42,765 nucleotides of DNA, taken from NCBI GenBank assembly GCA_902490145.1, contig CABUCT010000001.1, positions 1-42,765 on the forward strand. The letters are read 5' to 3'. Of this stretch, positions 1 through 9,207 are shown one piece after another (the first letter of the stretch is position 1; each line of letters begins with the position of its first letter). The notes below the pieces were generated by a model. That model saw nothing but the letters and a program-made list of their open reading frames with translations, was not told where the DNA came from and ran no database searches. A program made the translations under genes and the position numbers. The DNA comes from an uncultured Oscillospiraceae bacterium (GTDB lineage Bacteria > Bacillota > Clostridia > Oscillospirales > Acutalibacteraceae).

Positions 1-309
1 TGAAAGAATGATAACGGAAGATCTTTAAACGGCATAAAAATAAGATTAATACTTTTATACGTAAAGTAAGATGTACATTTGTATTGAAGTTTGAGTGCTT
101 ATCCGATACAATCAGGCAAGATAGCTTTTTGGAAGAACAGCACCGTTTCCGACATGTTCTCCGCTTACAAACGGGAAGCATTATTCGGTCGAAACATTCA
201 GTCTCCAAATAGTGCTGTATCCTATAAAAAGCTTCACTTGAAAACAAAAAGCTTTTGATATTTTAAAGCGGAAAAACCATAAATCCGGCACTTACGGCTA
301 AATTACAAC

Positions 310-340
310 AAAGAAAGCGGACAAACTGTCCGCTTTCTTT
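310..340 (-). terminator. Rho-independent terminator downstream of ftsY
   Basis: Inverted repeat AAAGAAAGCGGAC / GTCCGCTTTCTTT with a 5-nt loop. On the minus strand the GC core (GCGGAC/GTCCGC) is followed by the T-rich tract TTTCTTTGTTG. Confidence 0.6.
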
Positions 341-358
341 GTTCCATTATTGTACTGT

Positions 359-1261
359 CTAAAGAATACCCTTTGCAAAGTCCTCAGCATTAAAGGGAAG
401 AAGATCGTCGATTCCTTCACCGACGCCAACCATTTTGACCGGGATTCCAAGTTCCTCTTTGATGGACAAAACCATTCCACCCTTTGCGGTTCCGTCAAGC
501 TTTGTGAGAATTATTCCCGTTATACCGGCAGCAGCGGCAAATTCTTTTGCCTGATTCATTGCATTTTGGCCGGTAGTAGCATCTATGACAAGGAGGGTTT
601 CACGATCGGCATCGGGTAGTTCACGGTCAATAATCCGGGACATTTTTGAAAGTTCATCCATAAGCCCTTTTTTATTGTGGAGCCGACCCGCGGTGTCGCA
701 AATAATAAGATCGCTTCCACGAGCCTTGGCAGCGGATATTGTATCAAAAACAACTGCTGCGGGGTCAGAACCCTCTTTCTGTTTGATCATGGGCACGTTG
801 GCACGCTCAGCCCAAACTGCCAGCTGTTCAATGGCGGCGGCACGGAAAGTATCCGCTGCACCCAGAATCACATTTTTACCTTCATTTTTAAATCTGAGAG
901 CCATTTTTCCGATTGTGGTAGTCTTTCCCGCTCCGTTTACGCCGATCATCATTATAACAGATGGCTTTGTATTAAGATGAAATTCCTCACCTTCACAAAG
1001 CATACCGGTGATTATTTCACGCAACATTTCTTTGACCTTAGCCGGATCCTCAACACGCTGGGATTTGACCTTTTCACGAAGTTCTCTGCATATTTTTGAA
1101 GCTGTAGACATGGAAATATCCGACATTATGAGTATTTCTTCAAGCTCTTCAAAAAGCTCCTCATCGATTTTAGTGAAAACTGACAGCATACTGTCAAGGG
1201 CACCCGAGAGTGATTCTTTGGTCTTTTTTAAACCGGCGGCCATTTTGCTGAAAAATCCCAT
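359..1261 (-). CDS. ftsY: Signal recognition particle receptor FtsY
   Basis: 300-aa ORF with SRP-GTPase motifs [13 protein letters not shown] (G1), DTAGR (G3) and [10 protein letters not shown] (G4), preceded by an N-terminal helical NG-type region. Its ATG overlaps the smc stop (TAATG). Confidence 0.95.
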   Translation of the reverse strand: MGFFSKMAAGLKKTKESLSGALDSMLSVFTKIDEELFEELEEILIMSDISMSTASKICRELREKVKSQRVEDPAKVKEMLREIITGMLCEGEEFHLNTKPSVIMMIGVNGAGKTTTIGKMALRFKNEGKNVILGAADTFRAAAIEQLAVWAERANVPMIKQKEGSDPAAVVFDTISAAKARGSDLIICDTAGRLHNKKGLMDELSKMSRIIDRELPDADRETLLVIDATTGQNAMNQAKEFAAAAGITGIILTKLDGTAKGGMVLSIKEELGIPVKMVGVGEGIDDLLPFNAEDFAKGIL

Positions 1262-4200
1262 TAGTATTCCTTCCCTTCAAGTTTAAGTATTTTGGAAACA
1301 CCCTTTTCCTGCATCGTGATACCGTAAAGTACGTCAGCTTCTTCCATCGTGCCGCGTCTATGGGTTACTACGATAAATTGAGTGTTTTTGCACATTCTGC
1401 GAAGATAGCCGGCAAAACGATCCACATTAACGTCATCGAGAGCCGATTCAACCTCGTCAAGCATACAGAACGGCGGTGGGGCAACTTTCATCATAGCAAA
1501 ATAAATTGCAAGAGCGACAATAGATTTTTCGCCGCCCGAAAGCTGTTCAATGGTGGAGACATTCTTGCCGGGGGGCTGAACCTTGATTTCGATTCCAGAA
1601 TTAAGCACATCCTCAGGATTTGAAAGAGAGAGGTGTGCAGTTCCGCCGCCGAAAAGTTCCACAAAGGTTTCGGAGAAGTTGCGGTTTATAAGAGCAAATT
1701 TTTCATTAAATGCAGTTTGCATGTTACCAATAAGCTCGTTTATAAGACGTTCAAGTTCTTGCTTTGCATTTTCAACGTCGGCAATCTGAGTTTTCATGAA
1801 CTCATATCTTTGTGAAACTTCCGAATATTCGTCAATCGCGGCAAGATTTATGCTTCCGAGAGATTTGATCTTTGCTTTAATCTCACGAAGTCGATTGCCC
1901 GCTTGAGAGACGTCTTCAATTTCGATTCCAAGCTCTTCTGCCGCCGTGATAGTAAGCTCATATTTATCAAACATTTTAGAAATAATGTCGTCATATTCTT
2001 TGGTCATTGCATCGCGACGTTCACGAAGACGAACATTTTCTCCTCCAAGCCGTTCTTTTTGGGCAGACAAATCACGTTCTTCTGAGGTAAGGGCCGAAAT
2101 CTTTGTTTCCAAATCGGTCCGCTCTTTCAGTTTTTCGGCACTTTTTTGTTTGTTTAAATCAGATTTATTGCAAAGCTCTGTAATTTGATTTTTATATTCC
2201 TCAATTTGATTTTGCTCATTTTCGTTTTGAATAACCAGCTCATTTATACGCTGTTTGGTTGTCTCTGTTGCCTTTTCAGCGTCTATTCGGCGATTTTCAA
2301 TGGATGAAATATCAAGCTTAATTCCATTTGCTTCATTCTCCAAAGATAAAATAGTAACACGAACGGCAGAATTCTCCATAAGAAGTTTTTCTCTTTGCTC
2401 TGATAATGAGTCCTGAGATGAGACAAGCGTTGAAAGCTTTTGCTCGCTTTGTTCAAGCTTTTGCTGAAGTTCAATGGTCATTTGCTCGGCATCAGACGCC
2501 GATTTTTTAAGCTCGGCAATTCTTATTTCGGCATTGTCACGTTCACAACGAAGCTCGTTTAGTGCAGTCGAAATACTATCGATATCATTACTTACTCTTT
2601 TTATCTCGGAAAGCACTCGGATTTTGTCCTCGTTTGCCGTGATTTGTTCGGCCTTTGTCGCTTCAATGTAAGCCATTCTTGAATCAAGTCCGATTCTTAG
2701 CTTTTCGGCATCAGCCTTTTTAAACAAAATTTCTTTTTCAAGTTTATCGGCATCGGCTTTTAGCTTTTCGATCTCAGAGGAACGGGAAAGGAGTCCGGCT
2801 GATTTACTGAACGAACCGCCGGTGAGCGAACCACCGGTGTTTACCACCTGACCGTCAAGAGTGACAACACGAAAACGATATCCGCTTTTGCGGGCAATGG
2901 CTGTTGCACAGTCAATGTCTTCAGCAACTGCGATTCCGCCGAGAAGAAAGGATACTATATTTTTATATTCAGGTTTGCAGGAAACAAGCAGGTCAGCAGA
3001 CCCCAAAAATCCTGCATAATCTTTAACTTTGGAAATGTCAATTGAACGCCCTTTGATAACATCCATTGGAAGAAAGGTTGCTCTTCCGATGCGGTTGGCT
3101 TTTAAATAATTAAGAGCCTTTTTACCGTCGCTTTCGGTTGCAATAACGATATTTTGAATAGCTCCTCCAAGAGCAACTTCAATGGCTGCCGAATATTTTT
3201 CATCCACCGAAATGAGCCGTGAGATAACGCCCTTAACACCGGCTATATGTCCTTTTTCAGATTCTTTCATAACGGTCTTTACCGTGTTGTTGAATCCATC
3301 AAGAGATTTTTCCATGTCGATCAAAATTTGAGACCGACGAAGCTTTGTTTGATGCTCTAAGGTCAGTTTCTGAATTTCTTCATTCAGCGTATCAAGCTTT
3401 GAACGGGAGGAGCTTGCAAGCATTTCGGCACCTTTTATGGCATTGGAGCATTCAGAAATTTTTTCTTCGCAATTTTCGAGATCGGAAAGTAAAGCTTTCT
3501 TTTCAAGTTCAGCATCTTCAAGCTGTTTTTCACGCTGAGAAACCGAATCGTTTATGACTCCGCCGCGGTTTTCAATTTCCGAAAGAGAAGAAACGGCCGT
3601 AACATTTTTAAGATTGTATTCCGAAAGATTTTCGTTTATCAATGCCATTTCGGTTCGCAATGCATCAAGTTGTTTTGAGCTTTCCTCAGTGTCACGAAGA
3701 AGTGTTTCAAGCTGAGCCGCGGAATTTTCAAGAGCAGAACGGTTTTTTTGAATTTCATTAAGCTTTTCATCCATAAGCTGCTGCTTTTGCTTCAGCTCTT
3801 CGTCAAGAGAATCACCTTTGTTTCCTCCGTTTTTGATTTCCTCATTCAGGCGGTTTATGTTTTCATTGTTATGGAATATGTTATTTTCGCAAACGGCAAT
3901 CTGACCTTCGATCCTCGCCACGCATTCTTCACTTTCCGAAACGGCACGGCGGAGCTGATCCATTTGTACAGTCAAAATTCGGGTCTGCGAGCCGGAACGG
4001 TCAAGCTCATCTATAATTTCTTCAATTCGGTCGCGGGTTTTATCGTATTGAGACTGAGCCAGATCAATCTTTCTTTCCTGTTCGCGAAGCTTGTCTTTGA
4101 ATTTCCTGAGATTTATAAGCCATAATCCCACTTCCAAGGTCTTTTCTTCTCCCGAAAGAGAAAGGAATTTTTTTGCACGGATACACTGATCCTCCAAGGG

Positions 4201-4809
4201 ACCAACGCGATCGGTAAGCTCCTTCATAATATCACGAAGTCTTACGAGATTATCTTCTGCGGCAGTAAGCTTTCTTTCAGCTTCGGTTTTGCGATAGCGA
4301 AAACGGGAAATTCCCGCCGCTTCTTCGAACATTTCACGACGGTCGTCTGAACGACGTGAAACAATATCACTGATTTTGCCCTGACCTATCATTGAATATC
4401 CGTCGCGACCGAGACCTGTGTCCATAAATAATTCGTTTATGTCTTTAAGGCGGACGGTTGCATGGTTTATCTGATATTCGCTCTCGCCCGAACGATAAAA
4501 CCTGCGTGTGATGAACACCTCGTCAGTGTCACAATTAAGAGAACGGTCGGTATTATCAAGGCAAAGAGTAACCTGTGCCATACCCTGAGGCCGACGTGAA
4601 GACGTTCCGTTAAAAATAACGTCTTCGGATTTTTCACCTCTGAGCTGTTTGTTTGACTGCTCTCCAAGCACCCAACGAATAGCATCCGAGACATTGCTCT
4701 TTCCACTTCCGTTTGGGCCAACAATTCCTGTGATACCCTTTTCAAAATTCAAGGTTGTTTTGTCTGGAAAGGATTTAAAACCCTGTGATTCAAGCGATTT
4801 TAAAAACAA
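1261..4809 (-). CDS. smc: Chromosome segregation protein SMC
   Basis: 1182-aa ORF. N-terminal Walker A GPNGSGKSN, long coiled-coil arms, a hinge (VVTLDGQVVNTGGSLTGG), the C-terminal signature LSGGEKSIVALA, and Walker B FCMLDEVESALD. Confidence 0.95.
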   Translation of the reverse strand: MFLKSLESQGFKSFPDKTTLNFEKGITGIVGPNGSGKSNVSDAIRWVLGEQSNKQLRGEKSEDVIFNGTSSRRPQGMAQVTLCLDNTDRSLNCDTDEVFITRRFYRSGESEYQINHATVRLKDINELFMDTGLGRDGYSMIGQGKISDIVSRRSDDRREMFEEAAGISRFRYRKTEAERKLTAAEDNLVRLRDIMKELTDRVGPLEDQCIRAKKFLSLSGEEKTLEVGLWLINLRKFKDKLREQERKIDLAQSQYDKTRDRIEEIIDELDRSGSQTRILTVQMDQLRRAVSESEECVARIEGQIAVCENNIFHNNENINRLNEEIKNGGNKGDSLDEELKQKQQLMDEKLNEIQKNRSALENSAAQLETLLRDTEESSKQLDALRTEMALINENLSEYNLKNVTAVSSLSEIENRGGVINDSVSQREKQLEDAELEKKALLSDLENCEEKISECSNAIKGAEMLASSSRSKLDTLNEEIQKLTLEHQTKLRRSQILIDMEKSLDGFNNTVKTVMKESEKGHIAGVKGVISRLISVDEKYSAAIEVALGGAIQNIVIATESDGKKALNYLKANRIGRATFLPMDVIKGRSIDISKVKDYAGFLGSADLLVSCKPEYKNIVSFLLGGIAVAEDIDCATAIARKSGYRFRVVTLDGQVVNTGGSLTGGSFSKSAGLLSRSSEIEKLKADADKLEKEILFKKADAEKLRIGLDSRMAYIEATKAEQITANEDKIRVLSEIKRVSNDIDSISTALNELRCERDNAEIRIAELKKSASDAEQMTIELQQKLEQSEQKLSTLVSSQDSLSEQREKLLMENSAVRVTILSLENEANGIKLDISSIENRRIDAEKATETTKQRINELVIQNENEQNQIEEYKNQITELCNKSDLNKQKSAEKLKERTDLETKISALTSEERDLSAQKERLGGENVRLRERRDAMTKEYDDIISKMFDKYELTITAAEELGIEIEDVSQAGNRLREIKAKIKSLGSINLAAIDEYSEVSQRYEFMKTQIADVENAKQELERLINELIGNMQTAFNEKFALINRNFSETFVELFGGGTAHLSLSNPEDVLNSGIEIKVQPPGKNVSTIEQLSGGEKSIVALAIYFAMMKVAPPPFCMLDEVESALDDVNVDRFAGYLRRMCKNTQFIVVTHRRGTMEEADVLYGITMQEKGVSKILKLEGKEY

Positions 4810-5807
4810 GACGTCCTCTCCTTTTCTGATTTAACTTCATATATCTTAAGACCGTACTGCCCCTTAACTCGGCAGTTTTTACCCATTGTTTCAAGTTTTT
4901 TAAGATTGGATTTTTTTTGCCCCGTCATTTTTGAAATGCATGCAGGATTAACAAACAATGTGAAATTTCCCGTGTCCTGTTTTAAAACTTCCAGTGCATT
5001 TTTTAAATAAATTTCGCTTTCGCAAAGCTCTCTGAACGCGGGATGGTAAGGACCTGCAAGGAAATTTTTCTCAACATCAGCCGATGAATGAAGCCCGAGT
5101 TTTATTACCCTGATGCCGTTTGATTCAAAAAATTCCAAAAGTGCTGAACAAAGCTTTATTGTTTCGGGAAGGGTTGGGGGAGAGTATTTTTTATCTTCAA
5201 AAAGCTTTCCGAGAAGAGTGTTTTTAAGGGTAATGGCGGGATAAATCCGCACCGTTTGGGGATTTAGATTTAAAATTGCTTTGGCAGTGTCAAAATCCTT
5301 TTGAGCATCGCTTTTGTAAAGCCCTGTCATCATTTGAAGTCCAAGTTCAAAACCCATGTTTTTTATAAGCTTTGATGCCACTGCAACATCTTGTGCAGTG
5401 TGACCCCTCAGATTTTTTGAAAGCACTTCGTCATCCATGCTTTGAGCACCAAGCTCAATGGATGTTACTCCGTATTCAGATAACAGACTGAGTATTTCTT
5501 CGTTTATGGCGTCAGGTCGGGTGGAAACACGAATTCCCCGAACCTGGCCGGACTTTACATATTCATATGCAGCTGATAAAAGCTCAAGCATATATTCTTT
5601 TTCAATGGCAGTAAAGCTTCCGCCGAAAAAAGCGATTTCAGCTGATTTCGCAGAATCTCCAAGGCTTTTTAAAGCCGTTGCAACCGTTATGTCAACGTCT
5701 TTTTTATGTGGAATCGAAGTTTCACCCGTAATAGCATTCTGGTCGCAAAAGCTGCACCGATGCGGGCAACCGACATGCGGCACAAAAATTGAAATATTAG
5801 CACTCAC
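4800..5807 (-). CDS. Radical SAM protein (ELP3/MiaB-like superfamily, function unassigned)
   Basis: 335-aa ORF with an N-terminal CxxxCxxC motif (VGCPHRCSFCDQ). It sits between rnc and smc with a 4-nt overlap to rnc and a 10-nt overlap to smc. Confidence 0.8.
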   Translation of the reverse strand: MSANISIFVPHVGCPHRCSFCDQNAITGETSIPHKKDVDITVATALKSLGDSAKSAEIAFFGGSFTAIEKEYMLELLSAAYEYVKSGQVRGIRVSTRPDAINEEILSLLSEYGVTSIELGAQSMDDEVLSKNLRGHTAQDVAVASKLIKNMGFELGLQMMTGLYKSDAQKDFDTAKAILNLNPQTVRIYPAITLKNTLLGKLFEDKKYSPPTLPETIKLCSALLEFFESNGIRVIKLGLHSSADVEKNFLAGPYHPAFRELCESEIYLKNALEVLKQDTGNFTLFVNPACISKMTGQKKSNLKKLETMGKNCRVKGQYGLKIYEVKSEKERTSCF

Positions 5808-6484
5808 TCGATTATACCCATAAGACGGAGAGCTTCTTTTGCGGCCGCCTGTTCGGCATCTTTTTTGCTTCTGCCTTCTCCGGTCCCAACAAGATTTGAG
5901 TTGATATGAACCTCAACAGTAAATGTTTTATCGTGATCGGGGCCGCATTCCCCGACAAGGGAATAAACCAACTTGTCTTCGGGATTTTGTTGGATAACTT
6001 CTTGAAGATGAGTTTTGAAATCCTTTTCTGCCGCCTTTGTGTGGCGGTCAAGCGACGGCACAACAAATGAAAGAATAAATTTTGAGGCTTCTTCGATTCC
6101 ACCGTCAAGATAAATTGCGGCAATGAGAGCCTCAAAAGCGTCAGCAAGAATTGACGGACGGCTGCGGCCGCCTGTCCCCGACTCGCCGTGGCTCAAAAGC
6201 AGATATTCGCCCAAATTTATTTTTTTTGCAAATTCACAGAGTGTTTTTTCGCAAACTGCCGAAGCCCTGATTCGGGTAAGCTTTCCTTCAGGGAATTTAT
6301 CAAAGGTTTTATAAAGATAGTCGGATACCACGATAGAAAGCACCGAATCTCCCAAAAATTCCAGTCTTTCATTGCACATTTCGGGACGGTGGCTTTCGTG
6401 TGCATAGGATGAATGGGTTATTGCATTTTCAAGAAGGATCTTTTTTTTGAAGGTATAGCCTATCCTTTCCTCAAGCGTTTTCAT
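5804..6484 (-). other. rnc: RNase III domain of the fusion ORF; possible internal start at the ATG 6484..6482
   Basis: The segment begins MKTLEERIGYTF... like a free-standing Rnc. Only a weak purine tract (GTGAAAAGA) lies upstream of this ATG, with no clear SD. Confidence 0.6.
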
Positions 6485-7468
6485 TCTTTTCACTGTAATC
6501 CGGTCTATTGTCCCTGAAGACGCGAATTTCAATGCCTGTCTTACAGCGTTTTTAATAGCCTTAGCATCGGAACTTCCGTGTGCCTTAATAACCGGTTTTG
6601 AAACTCCCATAAGCGGAGCTCCGCCATATTCAGAATAATCCATTAATGATTTTATAGATTTAAAACCGCTTTTTGCCAAAACTGCGGCAATTTTTGTTTT
6701 TATATTTTTCAAGAAAACATTTTTTATCATACGGAAGAAGGTAATGGCGACGCCTTCTGTAAGCTTCAAAACAATGTTTCCTGAAAAACCGTCGGTAACA
6801 AGAACATCGCATTTATTATCCATCACGTCTCTTGCTTCGATATTGCCGACAAAATTAAGTGTAGAATTTTTAAGCAAATCATATGTATCAAGCCTTAGCT
6901 GATCACCTTTGGTGTCCTCAACGCCATTGTTAAGCAGCCCCACACGTGGGTTTTTAATTCCCATAGATAACTCCATATATTTTGAAGCCATGACTCCGAA
7001 AGAAAGAAGCATCTCGGCACGACATTCAGCATTTGCACCTGAGTCGATCAAAAGGAATTTTGATGTGGGAGTGGGGATTATTGTTGCAATAGCAGGACGC
7101 TTGATACCTTTTATGCGTTTTACAATAAATGTTGCTCCAACCACCAATGCACCGGTGCTTCCGGCCGAAACAAATGCGTCTCCTCGACCATCGGAAAGAA
7201 GCTTCAGTCCCACTGCCATTGAGCTGTCGGACTTTTCTTTTAATATTGTTTTAGGATCATCATGCATGTCAAAAATTTGATCAGCATTCTCAATCTCAAT
7301 ATTTTGAAGTGATATTCCGTTTTGTTCGGCACAATTTTGAATTTCGGTTTTATTTCCGGTAAGAATAATATTAATCCCGAATTCTTCAACGGCGGCGGCA
7401 GCTCCTTCCAAAACAGACTTCGGGGCATTGTCCCCGCCAAAAGCGTCTATTATGACTGTGTTTGCCAT
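5804..7468 (-). CDS. In-frame fusion ORF: phosphate acyltransferase PlsX (N-terminal ~328 aa) + ribonuclease III (C-terminal ~226 aa)
   Basis: Single 554-aa ORF with no in-frame stop. The N-terminal part is PlsX-like (DAFGGDNAP, FVSAGSTGA, TDGFSGNI). The C-terminal part is RNase III (ERLEFLGDSVL signature, a dsRBD with KDAEQAAAKEAL). Confidence 0.85.
   Translation of the reverse strand: MANTVIIDAFGGDNAPKSVLEGAAAAVEEFGINIILTGNKTEIQNCAEQNGISLQNIEIENADQIFDMHDDPKTILKEKSDSSMAVGLKLLSDGRGDAFVSAGSTGALVVGATFIVKRIKGIKRPAIATIIPTPTSKFLLIDSGANAECRAEMLLSFGVMASKYMELSMGIKNPRVGLLNNGVEDTKGDQLRLDTYDLLKNSTLNFVGNIEARDVMDNKCDVLVTDGFSGNIVLKLTEGVAITFFRMIKNVFLKNIKTKIAAVLAKSGFKSIKSLMDYSEYGGAPLMGVSKPVIKAHGSSDAKAIKNAVRQALKFASSGTIDRITVKRMKTLEERIGYTFKKKILLENAITHSSYAHESHRPEMCNERLEFLGDSVLSIVVSDYLYKTFDKFPEGKLTRIRASAVCEKTLCEFAKKINLGEYLLLSHGESGTGGRSRPSILADAFEALIAAIYLDGGIEEASKFILSFVVPSLDRHTKAAEKDFKTHLQEVIQQNPEDKLVYSLVGECGPDHDKTFTVEVHINSNLVGTGEGRSKKDAEQAAAKEALRLMGIIE
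6485..7468 (-). other. plsX: PlsX domain of the fusion ORF
   Basis: Residues 1-328 have full PlsX length. An SD (AAGGAAGGAG) precedes the ATG at 7468, 20 nt after the prfA stop. Confidence 0.8.
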
Positions 7469-7488
7469 AGTTTTCTCCTTCCTTTGTC

Positions 7489-8556
7489 TTATTCCTCGCC
7501 CGCTTTAAGTTTTTCTGCACGATCGGCAGTAATAAGCGGATCAATAATCTCATCAAGAGCACCATTTAGAATTTGTTCAAGATGATATATCGTAAGCCCG
7601 ATTCGATGATCACTCACACGGCTTTGAGGGAAGTTATAGGTTCGAATTCTTTCAGAACGATCACCTGTTCCGACCTGAGACCGGCGTTCGCTTGCAATTT
7701 GGCTTTCCTGTTCCCGAAGCTTTACTTCATAAAGACGGGAGCGAAGAACCTTCATTGCCTTTTCACGGTTTTTATGCTGACTTCGTTCGTCCTGACATTC
7801 AACTATAGTTCCGGTGGGAATATGAGTGATGCGAATAGCGGATTCGGTTTTGTTTATATGCTGTCCGCCGGCACCGCTTGAACGGAAAGTGTCAATTTGA
7901 AGATCGGTGGGATTTATTTCGATTTCAACATCTTCAGCTTCGGGAAGCACTGCCACCGTAACGGTAGAGGTATGAATTCGTCCCTGTGTTTCGGTTTCGG
8001 GAACACGCTGAACCCGGTGAACTCCGCTTTCGAATTTGAGCCTTGAATAGGCTCCCTCTCCCATTATCATAAAGCTGACTTCTTTAAATCCGCCAAGCTC
8101 GGTTTCGTTTGCACTGACAACTTCGGTTTTCCAACCTTTTGATTCGGCATACATGTTATACATTCTGTAAAGCGAGCCTGCAAACAATGCGGCTTCTTCG
8201 CCGCCTGCACCTCCGCGGATCTCAATAATAACGTTTCTGTCATCATTCGGGTCGGATGGAATAAGCAGAATCTTAAGTTCTTCGGAGAGTTTTGCAATCG
8301 ATTCTTTAGCTTCCGAGAGTTCTTCTTCAGCAAGTTCTTTAATCTCTTTGTCACCGCTTTCAAGCAGTTTTTTTGCGTCCTTTTCCCGATCAATGGCGGC
8401 CTTGTATTCTCTGAAAGTTTCCACAATTGGAGTAAGGGTCTTATATTCACGCATAAGTTTTTTATAATTTTCCTGATTTGAAATAACATCGGGATTTTGC
8501 AGTTCTTCTGAAAGTCCCTCGTATCTCTTCTCAATCTCGGACAGTTTTTCAAACAT
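7489..8556 (-). CDS. prfA: Peptide chain release factor 1
   Basis: 355-aa ORF with GGQ ([14 protein letters not shown]). It has an RF1-type PxT tripeptide ([14 protein letters not shown]), not the RF2 SPF motif. Confidence 0.95.
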   Translation of the reverse strand: MFEKLSEIEKRYEGLSEELQNPDVISNQENYKKLMREYKTLTPIVETFREYKAAIDREKDAKKLLESGDKEIKELAEEELSEAKESIAKLSEELKILLIPSDPNDDRNVIIEIRGGAGGEEAALFAGSLYRMYNMYAESKGWKTEVVSANETELGGFKEVSFMIMGEGAYSRLKFESGVHRVQRVPETETQGRIHTSTVTVAVLPEAEDVEIEINPTDLQIDTFRSSGAGGQHINKTESAIRITHIPTGTIVECQDERSQHKNREKAMKVLRSRLYEVKLREQESQIASERRSQVGTGDRSERIRTYNFPQSRVSDHRIGLTIYHLEQILNGALDEIIDPLITADRAEKLKAGEE

Positions 8557-8560
8557 ATAA

Positions 8561-8776
8561 TTAATCCTCCGAATCCAAAATCCGTTTTATTGCCGATTCA
8601 GCTTTCGTCCTGCCAAGCATAATTTCCCGCCCGCAGTTTTTGCAGACAAGCTTTATATCCATGCCGACGCGGATAATAGTGAAACGGTCGTTACCACAGG
8701 GATGTTTTTTTTTCATTACCACGCAATCTCCAATTTTCAAGTTCACGCATTTCACCCCATACATATAATTATTCAT
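8561..8776 (-). CDS. DUF951 family small protein
   Basis: 71-aa ORF with the characteristic K-HPCG...F-I-RVG-DI...C--CGR motif. The true start may be an internal codon a few residues in. Confidence 0.7.
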   Translation of the reverse strand: MNNYMYGVKCVNLKIGDCVVMKKKHPCGNDRFTIIRVGMDIKLVCKNCGREIMLGRTKAESAIKRILDSED

Positions 8777-8833
8777 ATTATTCTACCACAGCCAAAGGTA
8801 TCTCGTCAAGGATAATAAACCCAAAACTACCTC

Positions 8834-8862
8834 TTGACAAACATGCTTCAAGGAATTAAAAT
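8834..8862 (+). promoter_or_regulatory. Sigma-A type promoter of csoR-copA
   Basis: TTGACA (8834-8839), a 17-nt spacer, then TAAAAT (8857-8862), about 40 nt upstream of the csoR start. Confidence 0.6.
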
Positions 8863-8866
8863 AAAA

Positions 8867-8883
8867 ATACCCTAAGGGGGTAT
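8867..8883 (+). promoter_or_regulatory. CsoR operator
   Basis: ATACCCTAAGGGGGTAT is a GC-tract inverted repeat (TACCC-N4-GGGGTA) of the type bound by Firmicute CsoR. It lies immediately downstream of the -10 element. Confidence 0.75.
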
Positions 8884-8900
8884 ATTAAAGGAGAATAACG

Positions 8901-9203
8901 ATGGAAAAAGAATGTTGTGCATGTCACAAAATAAAAAATCGGACAGAGGAAGAATACAAAAGCCTGATAAACCGTCTTAACCGAATCGAGGGACAAATCC
9001 GAGGTATAAAGGGAATGGTGGAAAAGAGTGCTTACTGCACCGATATTCTGATTCAGGTGTCGGCGGTGAGTGCCGCTCTTAACGCTTTTAATAAGGCGTT
9101 GCTTGAAAATCACATAAAAACCTGTGTTGCACAGGATATAAGAGAAGGAAAAGACGAAACTATAGATGAACTTGTTTGCACTTTGCAAAAGCTGATGAGG
9201 TGA
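8901..9203 (+). CDS. csoR: Copper-sensing transcriptional repressor, CsoR family
   Basis: 100-aa ORF. The C-H-C Cu(I) ligand signature is present (AYCTD ... ENHIKTC). It has a strong SD (AAGGAG) and lies directly upstream of copA. Confidence 0.9.
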   Translation: MEKECCACHKIKNRTEEEYKSLINRLNRIEGQIRGIKGMVEKSAYCTDILIQVSAVSAALNAFNKALLENHIKTCVAQDIREGKDETIDELVCTLQKLMR

Positions 9204-9207
9204 AAAG

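Noticed and set aside
131-222. Possibility that the long hairpin next to ftsY is the SRP (4.5S/scRNA) RNA.
   Set aside because: The conserved domain IV sequence (GGUCC-GGAA tetraloop-GGAAGCAGCC type) is absent on both strands, and the apical loop here is 8 nt.
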